Shown one piece after another: positions 1-9,133 of a DNA stretch of 64,000 bases. How positions within the stretch are numbered: the stretch's first letter is position 1; every line of letters starts with the position of its first letter. The notes below the pieces were generated by a model. It was not told where the DNA came from and made no database searches. It saw only the letters and a list, made by a program, of their open reading frames with translations. Location: IMG/VR virus record IMGVR_UViG_3300036715_000626, positions 141,016-205,015 of that record; one strand, given 5' to 3'. The translations under genes were made by a program, and so were the position numbers.

Positions 1-125
1 TTGATAATACTATCTAAGAATTCTGGTACGTGTTTAAGTATGCTTGTAGATGTGCCCTCCGTAACATCTTTGTTTATCTGTGGCGTGTGGTTAAGTACCA
101 TAGCGGAAAATATATCGTTCATCAT
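1..125 (-). CDS. N-terminus (truncated by window edge) of probable non-virion RNA polymerase beta-like subunit (phiKZ gp123-like)
   Basis: ATG at 125 reads MMNDIFSAMVLNHTPQINKDVTEG... and stays open to the window edge. Its position after DnaB, MCP and a gp122-like gene matches phiKZ-like gene order. Only 41 codons are visible. Confidence 0.45.
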   Translation of the reverse strand, partial: MMNDIFSAMVLNHTPQINKDVTEGTSTSILKHVPEFLDSII

Positions 126-132
126 TACCCCT

Positions 133-1338
133 TTAGAAGATTTTAATCGCAGTATTTGCGAATGTTATTAACTTAGATCCAACATCCAATACCGATTTAG
201 TATTGTCTATCTTATTTTTAAACATTAGTGTAGCCATTTCGATTTTAAACTTACTTAATGTTATATGTAGATCTGTCATTCCCTTGCCGTACACTAAATT
301 AGTTTCTACACGTTTTTTATGCATTTCGAGTTCGTGCTTCTCTTTATAGTGTTCCATTTCTAAACGTAACTTCTCACGCTCATACGACATTTTATCATAC
401 TCTAACTTTATTTTAGATAGATCTAATTCAAGTTTACGCACTTCAGCCAATTTAGCAGTATCTCCTTCGGTTATAGCTTGGTCATAAGTTCTGTAAATAC
501 CCATACCGGATAAATCTGATATACCACAACGGTTATCATCTGTCTGATAAGAACCGTTCTTTTTAATCGACATATACCCACCATTGATCTTTGTAGGATC
601 TTTATGCGATAGTATCTTATGTACATCGTTACCAATCTTAATAAAATAAGGTATGGTGTTGTCATTGTCGATTATCTCTAAATAGATAATATTGTTTCCT
701 TCCATGTTTTGTAGTTTGTTGGTAACTGCTTTATCTGTTACCGAATTTGGATGTATTAAACCTGGATTAATGTTACCATTAATTAAGACAATATTAGGAC
801 CTGGTACAAATACGTTTGTGTGTTCGTGAAGCGCCTTCTCGCCTATAAAATTTACTAACCGTAATTGTATCTCTGGTGGTATCCTGTTGCCTTTACGTTC
901 ACCAAGAGTCTTGATGATGTGTTCGGTTACATTATAATCGATATTGATATTATGGGACTCTAGGTAATAATCTATTGCAGATTCTCCTATCGTAGTAGCA
1001 TCGCTTCTAATAGTAAAATACTCTACAATATAAATACCATTAGACACATTGTTTTTACCAAGATGTTTAGCAATCTCAGCATACATTCCATAACCATTTA
1101 AAGTTGTTTTTAATCGAATAGGAAGTACCATGTTATTAGGGTACATTGCATTTACCCCTTTACCCATAGTACTAAATAAGTATTGTGTGTAATCAGGTTT
1201 GTTATAATCTCTATCATTCACTATCATATTGCTACCAGGATTGTAGCCTACAATAGTATTAAATACCATATCATTCTGCGGTGTTTGTTTACTGTGGAAT
1301 ACGATGGGTGGTACAGCAGTTATTATAGTAGAATTCAT
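133..1338 (-). CDS. Conserved phiKZ-like hypothetical protein with C-terminal coiled coil (gp122-like by synteny)
   Basis: 401-aa ORF with a charged heptad-like C-terminus, immediately downstream of the major capsid gene and preceded by a TATATTAT motif. Confidence 0.55.
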   Translation of the reverse strand: MNSTIITAVPPIVFHSKQTPQNDMVFNTIVGYNPGSNMIVNDRDYNKPDYTQYLFSTMGKGVNAMYPNNMVLPIRLKTTLNGYGMYAEIAKHLGKNNVSNGIYIVEYFTIRSDATTIGESAIDYYLESHNINIDYNVTEHIIKTLGERKGNRIPPEIQLRLVNFIGEKALHEHTNVFVPGPNIVLINGNINPGLIHPNSVTDKAVTNKLQNMEGNNIIYLEIIDNDNTIPYFIKIGNDVHKILSHKDPTKINGGYMSIKKNGSYQTDDNRCGISDLSGMGIYRTYDQAITEGDTAKLAEVRKLELDLSKIKLEYDKMSYEREKLRLEMEHYKEKHELEMHKKRVETNLVYGKGMTDLHITLSKFKIEMATLMFKNKIDNTKSVLDVGSKLITFANTAIKIF

Positions 1339-1393
1339 ATCATGCTCCGAAAGGAAGGTTAATTTAGAATTTACATTCTAAACACTTATATTA

Positions 1394-1401
1394 ATAATAT
1401 A
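1394..1401 (-). promoter_or_regulatory. Putative early (virion RNAP) promoter core TATATTAT
   Basis: ataatata on the + strand, upstream of the minus-strand gene ending at 1338. The same motif recurs before about 11 genes and resembles the phiKZ early consensus TATATTAC. Confidence 0.6.
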
Positions 1402-1443
1402 TGTTTATAGAATATTGATATTCTGAATAGACGTCAATTACCA

Positions 1444-1474
1444 GATACACTACAGCGGTATGCTGTAGTGTATC
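1444..1474 (-). terminator. Hairpin terminator after the major capsid gene
   Basis: 13-bp perfect stem gatacactacagc / gctgtagtgtatc with a 5-nt loop, 12 nt after the MCP stop. Confidence 0.75.
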
Positions 1475-1486
1475 GTAGTGGTACTG

Positions 1487-3643
1487 TTAGACAGTGTGCA
1501 TGTTGATGGCAAGTTTGCCAAGAGCAAGGTTAAGGTTAGCAACAGTGATCTGTGCAAGGACCGGAAGGTTGATGATGTGCATGTAACGAGGGATATTGTG
1601 GAATTCACGAATAACCGCTCCACCATTAGAACGAACTACGTCAGTAGTAATCGTTGGCGCCCACAAGAAGTTACCGAAGTTCAATGGGTTAATCACTGAA
1701 TTTTTCTCAGCATCATCGACAACGAATGTGATGAAGATTTTACCAGAAACAAGTTTGTTAGGTGTACTAACAACAGTAACTTCGAATTCTTCACCGATGT
1801 TCAAACGACTTGAATCAGATGTCAAGTATTGTTTAAGGTGTGGGTCTGTACCGATAACAACACCGATTTTACCGCCAAGGTTACCACGCATAACTTCATG
1901 AGCAACATTGTAGTTACTAGAAACGTACATGCTAAGTACTTCTTCACGGATTTTGTTTACCAATGCAGCACGGATGTCATTGTAACGTTCATTAGATTTG
2001 ATACTATCAACAGATGTACCAAGGTCTACAGAGAACTCATGGTAGTAAGGGTTAACCAAGTAACCACCAGCACCGACAAGTTTAACGTCAGCAGCAGCAC
2101 CAGAACTAATCACTTGGCTCAATGTACCAGCGTAGTTAGTAAGTGTTTGAACTGCAGAAACGTTTGCACGAATACCAGCTGTTTGAATTTGGCTTGTCAA
2201 TTTAGAAGCATCGTTATCGACACCACCAGCATTGTTAACCGGAGAAAGAACAGTGATACCAGAACGGTAGTTAACGTTGTAAACTTGAACATATTTGTCG
2301 TTAGTTACAAGCAATCCACGAGTACGCAAGTTGCTGTTAGTACGCCATGCATCAAGAGTATAACCAAGGAATGAACCAGTGTTGAATACCGCAGCGATTG
2401 CGATGTAGTCAGCGTTAGTAGACGGAAGAACGTCTCCAGCAGCATTTTTGATTTCAACGATTTCGAACGCAGAACCATATACAGAAATATCACCAACTTG
2501 AACGTTAGCATCACCGTGTAGTTTCATTTTCAAACGTACAGTGTGGTTGTTAGCAAGACTACCAAGAATAGTAGACGCAGCGCCATTAGCCATAGTTGTA
2601 GTATCTGTGTTAACAATGATTGAATCGCTGTCGAAAGACAATGTCATTGTTTTGAAGTTACCTTGTAGTTGACCAACAAAGTTAGCACCAGGGAATGCAG
2701 AAACAGTCATACGGAAAGTTTCGGTTACAAGTGATTGACCGCTGCCTTCAGTAAGTGTGAAATACACTTTGTCAAGGTTGATGCTGTGGTCGATTGCATC
2801 AGTTGAATCCATTACACCTTTTGCAAGCATAGCCGGAGTTTGTGAAATACCAAGAAGGTTAACAGTTTTACCGATAGCCAAAGGTGCAGTTGTGAAAGTT
2901 TCACCATTTGCAGTAACGCTTGTATCTTGATTCGCGACAAAGAATGCAGAAGAATCTGTAGTTTTTACTGGAATAAGACGGTTTTTGTCTGTACCGAACA
3001 ATGTGTTATCATAGATCGCTTTAACAACCGGAGTACGTTGGAACTTAGCTGCATTAGAAGCACCAGAAGCGCTACGCTCGAAGTCAGTATAGATAGACGT
3101 AAATTCAACGTCAACAGAAATACCAGAAACAGTTGGATCGATAACGATAGTTGGGAAGAATGCTTCACCGAATGTATCTTGACGAGCAGCACCTGCATTG
3201 AAAACGATAGAGTAGTAAAGGGCATTGTTAACCGCTTGACCATCAAAAGCTTCGGTAGATAGCATATCAGATTGAACAACATCACCATAACCAAGTGATT
3301 CAGCGCTTACTTGTGTAGAACCAGCTGGCGCAGTTACTTCACGAAGTGGAGCACTCATGTACGACTTAGGATCAACTGCAAGTTTAGCGATCATCATAGC
3401 CGCTTGACGTTGAGTACCTGAAAGTTTGAAATCTTCATTACCAGCTGAAAGCATAGTGATTGAACGATCAATCGCTTCAGAAAGAGAATCAGATGCTACT
3501 TGAGCATGACTACGAGTCGCTTCATCAAGACCTTCTGCTCCAAGAGCAAGACCTGTAATTTCTTTACGACCATCAAGGCCACTAGCGGTAATAGTTTGTT
3601 TGGTTGATTTAAGCAAATCACCAACGAATGACTTAAGATTCAT
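1487..3643 (-). CDS. Major capsid protein (phiKZ gp120-like)
   Basis: 718 aa with motifs typical of phiKZ-like capsids (AARQDTFGEAFFPTIV, RTNSNLRTRG, PRYMHIINLPV). It has a GGAG-like RBS and lies next to DnaB. Confidence 0.9.
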   Translation of the reverse strand: MNLKSFVGDLLKSTKQTITASGLDGRKEITGLALGAEGLDEATRSHAQVASDSLSEAIDRSITMLSAGNEDFKLSGTQRQAAMMIAKLAVDPKSYMSAPLREVTAPAGSTQVSAESLGYGDVVQSDMLSTEAFDGQAVNNALYYSIVFNAGAARQDTFGEAFFPTIVIDPTVSGISVDVEFTSIYTDFERSASGASNAAKFQRTPVVKAIYDNTLFGTDKNRLIPVKTTDSSAFFVANQDTSVTANGETFTTAPLAIGKTVNLLGISQTPAMLAKGVMDSTDAIDHSINLDKVYFTLTEGSGQSLVTETFRMTVSAFPGANFVGQLQGNFKTMTLSFDSDSIIVNTDTTTMANGAASTILGSLANNHTVRLKMKLHGDANVQVGDISVYGSAFEIVEIKNAAGDVLPSTNADYIAIAAVFNTGSFLGYTLDAWRTNSNLRTRGLLVTNDKYVQVYNVNYRSGITVLSPVNNAGGVDNDASKLTSQIQTAGIRANVSAVQTLTNYAGTLSQVISSGAAADVKLVGAGGYLVNPYYHEFSVDLGTSVDSIKSNERYNDIRAALVNKIREEVLSMYVSSNYNVAHEVMRGNLGGKIGVVIGTDPHLKQYLTSDSSRLNIGEEFEVTVVSTPNKLVSGKIFITFVVDDAEKNSVINPLNFGNFLWAPTITTDVVRSNGGAVIREFHNIPRYMHIINLPVLAQITVANLNLALGKLAINMHTV

Positions 3644-3669
3644 AGGAGTCCTTTTTGTTTTTTATAATT

Positions 3670-4305
3670 TTACGATCGAATAAAAGATTTAAAAAGATCT
3701 GTTTGATAAACAGTCTCTTCCCCGAAGGCATTAAACACACAATCCATTAACTTGTTTAAAAAATAAACTTTAAAGGCATTACTGTTGTAAACCAAAAAGT
3801 TGGTAAACCCGCTATGAAGAATAACAAATACAGTATTATCAGTTACTTGGAACTCAAATACTTTTTTGTAGCTATCATCTTCACTCAGTATAATAGCATT
3901 AATATCAACGTCTCGGTTACTATAGAATGTTATAAAGTCATTAATACTGTAACTTGTATAAAGTTCTGCTGCGTAAGATAACTCATCTGTGATATACATA
4001 CCTAGACCTCTGTCACGCACAGAGTAGTCCGATTTACTAGGAAGGATGTGATCTCGTAACATTATATTAGCGAGTTTGAGATCAATAAGATCCGTTTTTG
4101 AGACACGCTCTAAAAACATAGCGTTTAGTAATTTAACGTTTTCGCTATTACTAAGAGTGCTAGTTTCAACAGAAGTAATTTTATCCAGTTGTTCAAATGT
4201 GATGCCTACAGCAGGTAGGGTTTTTGCTAAATAATCAGGTATCATCGCAACACTAACTGGTTTAGTGTTTTTATATTGCATACCTTTAGTAACACTCTCG
4301 GTCAT
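3670..4305 (-). CDS. Hypothetical/virion protein (phiKZ gp119-like by position)
   Basis: 211-aa ORF with AGGAG RBS, between DnaB and MCP. Confidence 0.5.
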   Translation of the reverse strand: MTESVTKGMQYKNTKPVSVAMIPDYLAKTLPAVGITFEQLDKITSVETSTLSNSENVKLLNAMFLERVSKTDLIDLKLANIMLRDHILPSKSDYSVRDRGLGMYITDELSYAAELYTSYSINDFITFYSNRDVDINAIILSEDDSYKKVFEFQVTDNTVFVILHSGFTNFLVYNSNAFKVYFLNKLMDCVFNAFGEETVYQTDLFKSFIRS

Positions 4306-4383
4306 ATTGGCTCCTAAAACATAATTTCAATTAAAGTTTCTATTCTATGCTATTATATAGACAAGAACGAGCAAGGATACTTT

Positions 4384-5895
4384 ATGAATAAACTCGATAT
4401 ACTATTAAAATGTATTATGTTGTTATTCCGAGAACGAGAATTAGAGAACAGCAGTGATGACTCACGTGACCTTGTGAAGACCATTTTAACAACATTTAAA
4501 TATGTAAGAGGTAAATCAGTTATTGGCGGAGAGACTACTTTATTAGAAGACTTGAAGCATTTCATCACGGATATGATTAACAATCCTGATGGACATGATA
4601 AAATAACCATTCTTCAATCTTTAGAGATTATACTTAAAGATAAAGAAGCGGTCTTTAAAACATTAGAGAAATCTATATCGCCAGATATGTCAGTAGCAAG
4701 TATTAAACGTAATGTGGTAACACTCCGTAACACATTAAACAACTACTATACTGAGCACGAGATAACTAATCTTATAACAAGAGCTAACTATGCGTTAACA
4801 ACCGGTAAGTTTGACGATGGTGAAAACGTTCGTGACTACACAGCTAAGTTGGTAAGTAACTTAGAAGCTCTTAATGTATTATCAGTAACTAAAGATCCTG
4901 GTATTGTGGATGAATTAGATATTTCTGATCATGAGAATATGTCTAAAGTACTTAAGAAAGCTAAGAACAATGCTTTGGGTGGTGGTAAGTTAATAACAGG
5001 TTGGAAAGAAATCAATGCCATGACACAAGGCGGTTTTAGAAGGGGAGAGTGTGTTGTAATTAACGCACTGCAGCACAAGTATAAGTCTGGATTTACACAG
5101 AGTTTATTTATGCAGCTTGCTTCTAGAAACGTTCCTATTATGGATGACGTTAGTAAGAAGCCACTTATTATTTATATTAGTTTTGAAGATGATACCGAAG
5201 TATATACTTCGTTTATGTATAAGTATCTTTACTATAATGAAAATAAAGTTATGCCTGATATGTCACTGGTTACTGAAGGTGACATTGCTAAGTATATATC
5301 TGAACGTCTGTGTAAGACTGGTTACCACGTTAAGATTATGCGTGTTAATCCGTCCGAGTGGACTATTAAGCATATGTTTAATAAGATTATTAAATACGAA
5401 GCAGAGGGTTATGAGATACATGCAGTGTTAGCAGACTATCTTGCTAAATTACCTACTATTGGTTGTACTAATACAGGTCCTGGTGGAACTGAAGTTAGGG
5501 ATTTGTTTAACAGATCTCGTAACTTCTTTGGTAGTAGACGTATTTTGTTTATAACACCACACCAAATGAGCACGGAAGCTAAACAGCTTATTCGTAACGG
5601 GGTACCTGATGCTAACTTCGTTAAAGAAGTAGCTGGTAAAGGTTATACGGAGTTATCTAAACAGATCGACCAAGTAGTTGACTTAGAATTATACATACAC
5701 ATTGCAAGTATTAACCGGAAACCACATCTTACGATATTCCGTGGTAAGCATCGTGTGGATAGTATTCTGGATGAAGATAAGTTCTATGCTGTATTACCAT
5801 TCCCTTACAAAGCTCCTATTCTTGAGAATCTTGACGAACCTGATACGGGAGATATTCTTAGTGAAAAGGGTCTTAGTGATGATATGGATTTCTAA
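4384..5895 (+). CDS. dnaB: DnaB-like replicative helicase (phiKZ gp118-like)
   Basis: TGWKEINAMTQGGFRRGE, degenerate Walker A ALQHKYKS, YISFE, Walker B region VLADYL, ITPHQMS and RGKHR motifs; divergently oriented to MCP as in phiKZ-like phages. Confidence 0.88.
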   Translation: MNKLDILLKCIMLLFRERELENSSDDSRDLVKTILTTFKYVRGKSVIGGETTLLEDLKHFITDMINNPDGHDKITILQSLEIILKDKEAVFKTLEKSISPDMSVASIKRNVVTLRNTLNNYYTEHEITNLITRANYALTTGKFDDGENVRDYTAKLVSNLEALNVLSVTKDPGIVDELDISDHENMSKVLKKAKNNALGGGKLITGWKEINAMTQGGFRRGECVVINALQHKYKSGFTQSLFMQLASRNVPIMDDVSKKPLIIYISFEDDTEVYTSFMYKYLYYNENKVMPDMSLVTEGDIAKYISERLCKTGYHVKIMRVNPSEWTIKHMFNKIIKYEAEGYEIHAVLADYLAKLPTIGCTNTGPGGTEVRDLFNRSRNFFGSRRILFITPHQMSTEAKQLIRNGVPDANFVKEVAGKGYTELSKQIDQVVDLELYIHIASINRKPHLTIFRGKHRVDSILDEDKFYAVLPFPYKAPILENLDEPDTGDILSEKGLSDDMDF

Positions 5896-5904
5896 AGGAG
5901 TTGT

Positions 5905-6078
5905 ATGTTAGTAGAATTGTATAAGATACTTATGGTTATCACTATTGTAAGTTTTCTTGCAGTAGGTCTTGTTAAAGATGAAGGCGGTATGCTAGGTGGG
6001 TTAAATCAGTTTATATGGTTTATCATATGGTTAATCCTTAACCTAGTTATGTGGTTGTTATACTTTGCTTTAAAATAA
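5905..6078 (+). CDS. Small two-helix membrane protein (57 aa; absent from the ORF track)
   Basis: AAGGAG RBS, then MLVELYKILMVITIVSFLAVGLVKDEGGMLGGLNQFIWFIIWLILNLVMWLLYFALK*. Confidence 0.7.
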   Translation: MLVELYKILMVITIVSFLAVGLVKDEGGMLGGLNQFIWFIIWLILNLVMWLLYFALK

Positions 6079-6088
6079 AAAAAATAAT

Positions 6089-6117
6089 ACACTAGACAGT
6101 CATTGACTGTCTAGTGT
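6089..6117. terminator. Hairpin terminator between convergent genes
   Basis: 14-bp inverted repeat acactagacagtca-t-tgactgtctagtgt with an A-tract to its left. Confidence 0.75.
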
Positions 6118-6123
6118 TGTACT

Positions 6124-6891
6124 TTAACTATCGAAGATAGTTTGGCATAATGTTTTTAACAAGATACTACCAACAGTCATAATATCATCCTGAAGTTCTT
6201 CTGGTACGTTAAACATAAGACGTAGTATACCAAGATCAATATTAACACCATCGTTACCCTGAATTTCATATTTAATAACATTACGATTAACCGTGTTTAG
6301 CATATTATTGTAAACAGTGGCTGCGTCAATAAGTCGGCCTATCGTTTTATCTTCGATATTAGTGATCAGACATTTAGTCAAAATTGATTTTTCATAATCA
6401 GTACATGATGTAAGTATGCTGTCCGTTAAGTAACTTGATCCGGCAATCAGTATTAAATACTTAGGTGGTTTTTCTCTGTAGGTAACGCAGACATCTTCCA
6501 TCACTTGTTCTGTAGTCTGTTTACCAGCGGACATAAGATATTCTCCGTCGATACTTCGACTAAGTTTGTCAATATACTTTTCAAACTCTAGTTTACAACT
6601 TAATGGTAACAGAGTTCTTCCAAAACGATTACCCATTCGGTCTAGTGAGGTATCACGCATTACCCCAAGACAATTATACATAACACGATAGCCAGAACCA
6701 GTACTAAGATTAGCTTCGTGAACTTGGTCTTGGTTAAGCATTGTTGTGAACTCAACAAGAATGTATGTTTCATCTGTTCCTGGATAAACCTGATAGGTCC
6801 CGTGTGCCACAACCAAACCAACACCGCGTAATATATCGTAAACTTTTGCGTCATGCGCTAACCACAATGGTATTATTTTTTCTTCATGCAT
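6124..6891 (-). CDS. Hypothetical protein
   Basis: ORF track 6124..6939; start reassigned to ATG 6891 (MHEEKII) behind an AAAGGA RBS. Confidence 0.65.
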   Translation of the reverse strand: MHEEKIIPLWLAHDAKVYDILRGVGLVVAHGTYQVYPGTDETYILVEFTTMLNQDQVHEANLSTGSGYRVMYNCLGVMRDTSLDRMGNRFGRTLLPLSCKLEFEKYIDKLSRSIDGEYLMSAGKQTTEQVMEDVCVTYREKPPKYLILIAGSSYLTDSILTSCTDYEKSILTKCLITNIEDKTIGRLIDAATVYNNMLNTVNRNVIKYEIQGNDGVNIDLGILRLMFNVPEELQDDIMTVGSILLKTLCQTIFDS

Positions 6892-6907
6892 AGTATTTAT
6901 TCCTTTT

Positions 6908-7237
6908 TTAATCTTTATCATCAGTAGGAACTTTGCCATAAAGTTCTGTACATTTCCATACTTCAGGTTTTATAGTAGATGTACCGAATACAATGCTACC
7001 ATCATTCTTAAGACCGATAACGATCTTTTCTTTAAATCCGTTTACTCCTGTAAACAGATTTAGTTTACGGTCGTAAGTTAAATCAATATCATCACCGATG
7101 ATGTGATTTTTGTCTTTAAGGTATATATATACCTCACCTTTGTTATCCGGACTCACACAGCTATAGTGTGAGTGTGTTTTTAAAGGACTCGCTGTTAACA
7201 ACGAGAACGTGATCAGCAAGATAGCCGCAACTTTCAT
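6908..7237 (-). CDS. Small exported protein
   Basis: Sec-type signal peptide MKVAAILLITFSLLTA, two Cys, GAGGAG RBS and an upstream TATATTAT motif. Confidence 0.7.
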   Translation of the reverse strand: MKVAAILLITFSLLTASPLKTHSHYSCVSPDNKGEVYIYLKDKNHIIGDDIDLTYDRKLNLFTGVNGFKEKIVIGLKNDGSIVFGTSTIKPEVWKCTELYGKVPTDDKD

Positions 7238-7268
7238 ATGAACTCCTCTCTTATTTGGATCTACTTAT

Positions 7269-7276
7269 ATAATATA
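7269..7276 (-). promoter_or_regulatory. Putative early promoter core TATATTAT
   Basis: Motif about 30 nt upstream of ATG 7237, with a T-tract 7 nt further upstream. Confidence 0.6.
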
Positions 7277-7336
7277 AGGGTGTAAAAAAATAAGAATGTC
7301 TAATAAACTTTCTTGATAATAATATAAAGGACTACT

Positions 7337-7858
7337 ATGCCATACGTAAACTTACGTTTGTCTACTAATTTTACATTAGACGAACTTACTGATTCTGCTA
7401 ACCATCCCGATCTTGTACCTGGTAACAGAGCAGAAATTGCTTCTAAACCAGAGCTAATTAAAAACATAACTGATCTAGCAGTACATGTATTACAACCACT
7501 TCATGATGCGTTATCAAAACATTTTGGTAAAACGGTATCGGTGTTCGTATCGTCTGGATACCGTGGAACCGTTTTAAATGTAAAAGTAGGTGGAAGTCCT
7601 ACTGGAGCACACCCGCGTGGTCACGGAGCTGATATTAATGTACATGAGTTTAGTGTCGATGATTTGTTTCAGTTTATTAAAGATAACTTGAATATCTTTA
7701 ATGGTTGGTTAGATAAATGTATCATCGAGAAAGTTGGTGATAAAGAATGGATACATATTTCTGCAGATATTCCAGAGAATGCTCGATGTGAGTTCTATAC
7801 CACTAATGATGGTAAGAAATATGACCTAGTGTATAAAGGTCTTGTCGCTAAGAAATAA
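7337..7858 (+). CDS. Peptidase M15 family endolysin (Zn D-Ala-D-Ala carboxypeptidase-like)
   Basis: LSTNFTLDEL start, SSGYR, NxxVGG, HxxGxxAD and WIHIS motifs. Confidence 0.88.
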   Translation: MPYVNLRLSTNFTLDELTDSANHPDLVPGNRAEIASKPELIKNITDLAVHVLQPLHDALSKHFGKTVSVFVSSGYRGTVLNVKVGGSPTGAHPRGHGADINVHEFSVDDLFQFIKDNLNIFNGWLDKCIIEKVGDKEWIHISADIPENARCEFYTTNDGKKYDLVYKGLVAKK

Positions 7859-7889
7859 GATACAGTACTCCATATGGAGTACTGTATCT
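7858..7889. terminator. Perfect 32-bp palindrome between convergent genes
   Basis: agatacagtactccat|atggagtactgtatct. Confidence 0.75.
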
Positions 7890-7890
7890 A

Positions 7891-8337
7891 TTATTTTTCG
7901 TTAAATGTGTATTGTAACAATTTCAATAAGTCTTCCGGAGAGAACTTATTGGGAACATAATATCCATGTATTACTTCAGCCTTTAATAAGGCAGCTAATA
8001 CAAACTCACTGCAGAACCATTTAGAAGTACTTTGGTGTCCGGCATTAATAATCTGCGATAAGAAGATACCAGACCAATCATAATCACAACCAAGTTCATC
8101 CTCACAGTATTCTAGTATGTTCTCTAATTCTTCATCAGTAACTGATATAGGAAATAACTCGTAATCAGTTATTACAATATCAACTGTCTTACGTGTTCCT
8201 TTAAATGGAACCGCACCATACATAATTCCTTCTATCAAGAACTCTACGTGAGAAGTAGTTCCTTTAGTCCAGAATCTAATAAGTGTATCTAATAGATTAC
8301 CTTTAGCAGTATAGAATGCTATATGGATAGTTCGCAT
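7891..8337 (-). CDS. Permuted papain-like NlpC/P60 (YiiX/YaeF-like) protein
   Basis: His motif SHVE precedes the Cys motif KWFCSEFV, with GxxYDW between them and a C-terminal SPEDL. Confidence 0.8.
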   Translation of the reverse strand: MRTIHIAFYTAKGNLLDTLIRFWTKGTTSHVEFLIEGIMYGAVPFKGTRKTVDIVITDYELFPISVTDEELENILEYCEDELGCDYDWSGIFLSQIINAGHQSTSKWFCSEFVLAALLKAEVIHGYYVPNKFSPEDLLKLLQYTFNEK

Positions 8338-8338
8338 A

Positions 8339-8911
8339 TTAAGCTCTTTGTGCTCTGGTTATCCAGCCATCTAAGAATTCTGCTTGAGAGGGGTCGTTGA
8401 TAACTATCTTTTTAACAAAAGATACTCTTGATTTTCTAAGATCGTTAAGGAGACCTACTTGATCAGGATACGCGTTTATTTTCTTAACTGTGTTAGGACC
8501 AATATCACCGTCTACTACAGAGCCTACAAGAATCTGGATAGCTTTAGCTGGATAGCCTTCACCCGAGTTTACTTCCCAATCATAAAGGGTGTTAGCTATG
8601 TCTTGAGATACAATAAGATCGCCACAGATGGTATCCCAGAAGTTAACTTTATAAAAAGCTGTTACTAATTCATCTAGTCTAGGAATTTTAGCTAGATAGG
8701 TATCAATAATTTTCCAGTTATCTTTGGCATGTAGGTCTTGTGGGAAACCAGGTAAAGTTTTAGCTCCGTCTATGAGTACCCAGCCAGACCATTTAGGCCA
8801 GTTAACTCTAGATATACCATCGTAGGTTTCTTTACCTTTATCATTAGGGTTATTAGAATACCCACCTTCATTACCACCTGTTTTCTTTTTAGCTATTACA
8901 AATTCCGCCAT
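8339..8911 (-). CDS. Glycoside hydrolase family 108 lysozyme with peptidoglycan-binding C-terminus
   Basis: EGGYSNNPNDKGKETYDGI, VDGDIGPNT and FLDGWITR motifs. Confidence 0.9.
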   Translation of the reverse strand: MAEFVIAKKKTGGNEGGYSNNPNDKGKETYDGISRVNWPKWSGWVLIDGAKTLPGFPQDLHAKDNWKIIDTYLAKIPRLDELVTAFYKVNFWDTICGDLIVSQDIANTLYDWEVNSGEGYPAKAIQILVGSVVDGDIGPNTVKKINAYPDQVGLLNDLRKSRVSFVKKIVINDPSQAEFLDGWITRAQRA

Positions 8912-8930
8912 TTTAGTTCCTTTAAATAAA

Positions 8931-8962
8931 TAAGTAACGTAGTCAAATGACTACGTTACTTA
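8931..8962 (-). terminator. Hairpin terminator after the tail fibre operon
   Basis: 15-bp stem taagtaacgtagtca-aa-tgactacgttactta. Confidence 0.7.
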
Positions 8963-8971
8963 GAAAAGTTA

Positions 8972-9133
8972 TCACGCCATTGCAGTCGTTGAGAATATAG
9001 TTTTAACAGTTACGTCAGGTTTGACATAACCTGCTCCCAATTTAGTAAGTTTGTAAGTTAATACGCTTGTTGTTGTGCTATATCCAACTAAGAACATATC
9101 AATTTGAGCAGGGTCATTAGCCGCAACACTTGT
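8972..9133 (-). pseudogene. In-frame coding relic behind the tailspike stop codon
   Basis: 53 open codons in the same frame after TAA at 9134-9136 (TSVAANDPAQIDMFLVGYSTTTSVLTYKLTKLGAGYVKPDVTVKTIFSTTAMA), ending TGA TAA. Confidence 0.55.

Noticed and set aside
1478-3294. Overlapping ORFs inside the capsid gene (and similar shadow ORFs in tail, RNR and RNAP genes)
   Set aside because: They are antisense or off-frame shadows of strongly biased coding sequence, with no recognisable motifs.
4306-4383. Late promoter TATG motifs upstream of structural genes
   Set aside because: A 4-nt motif is too frequent in AT-rich DNA to assign without TSS data.
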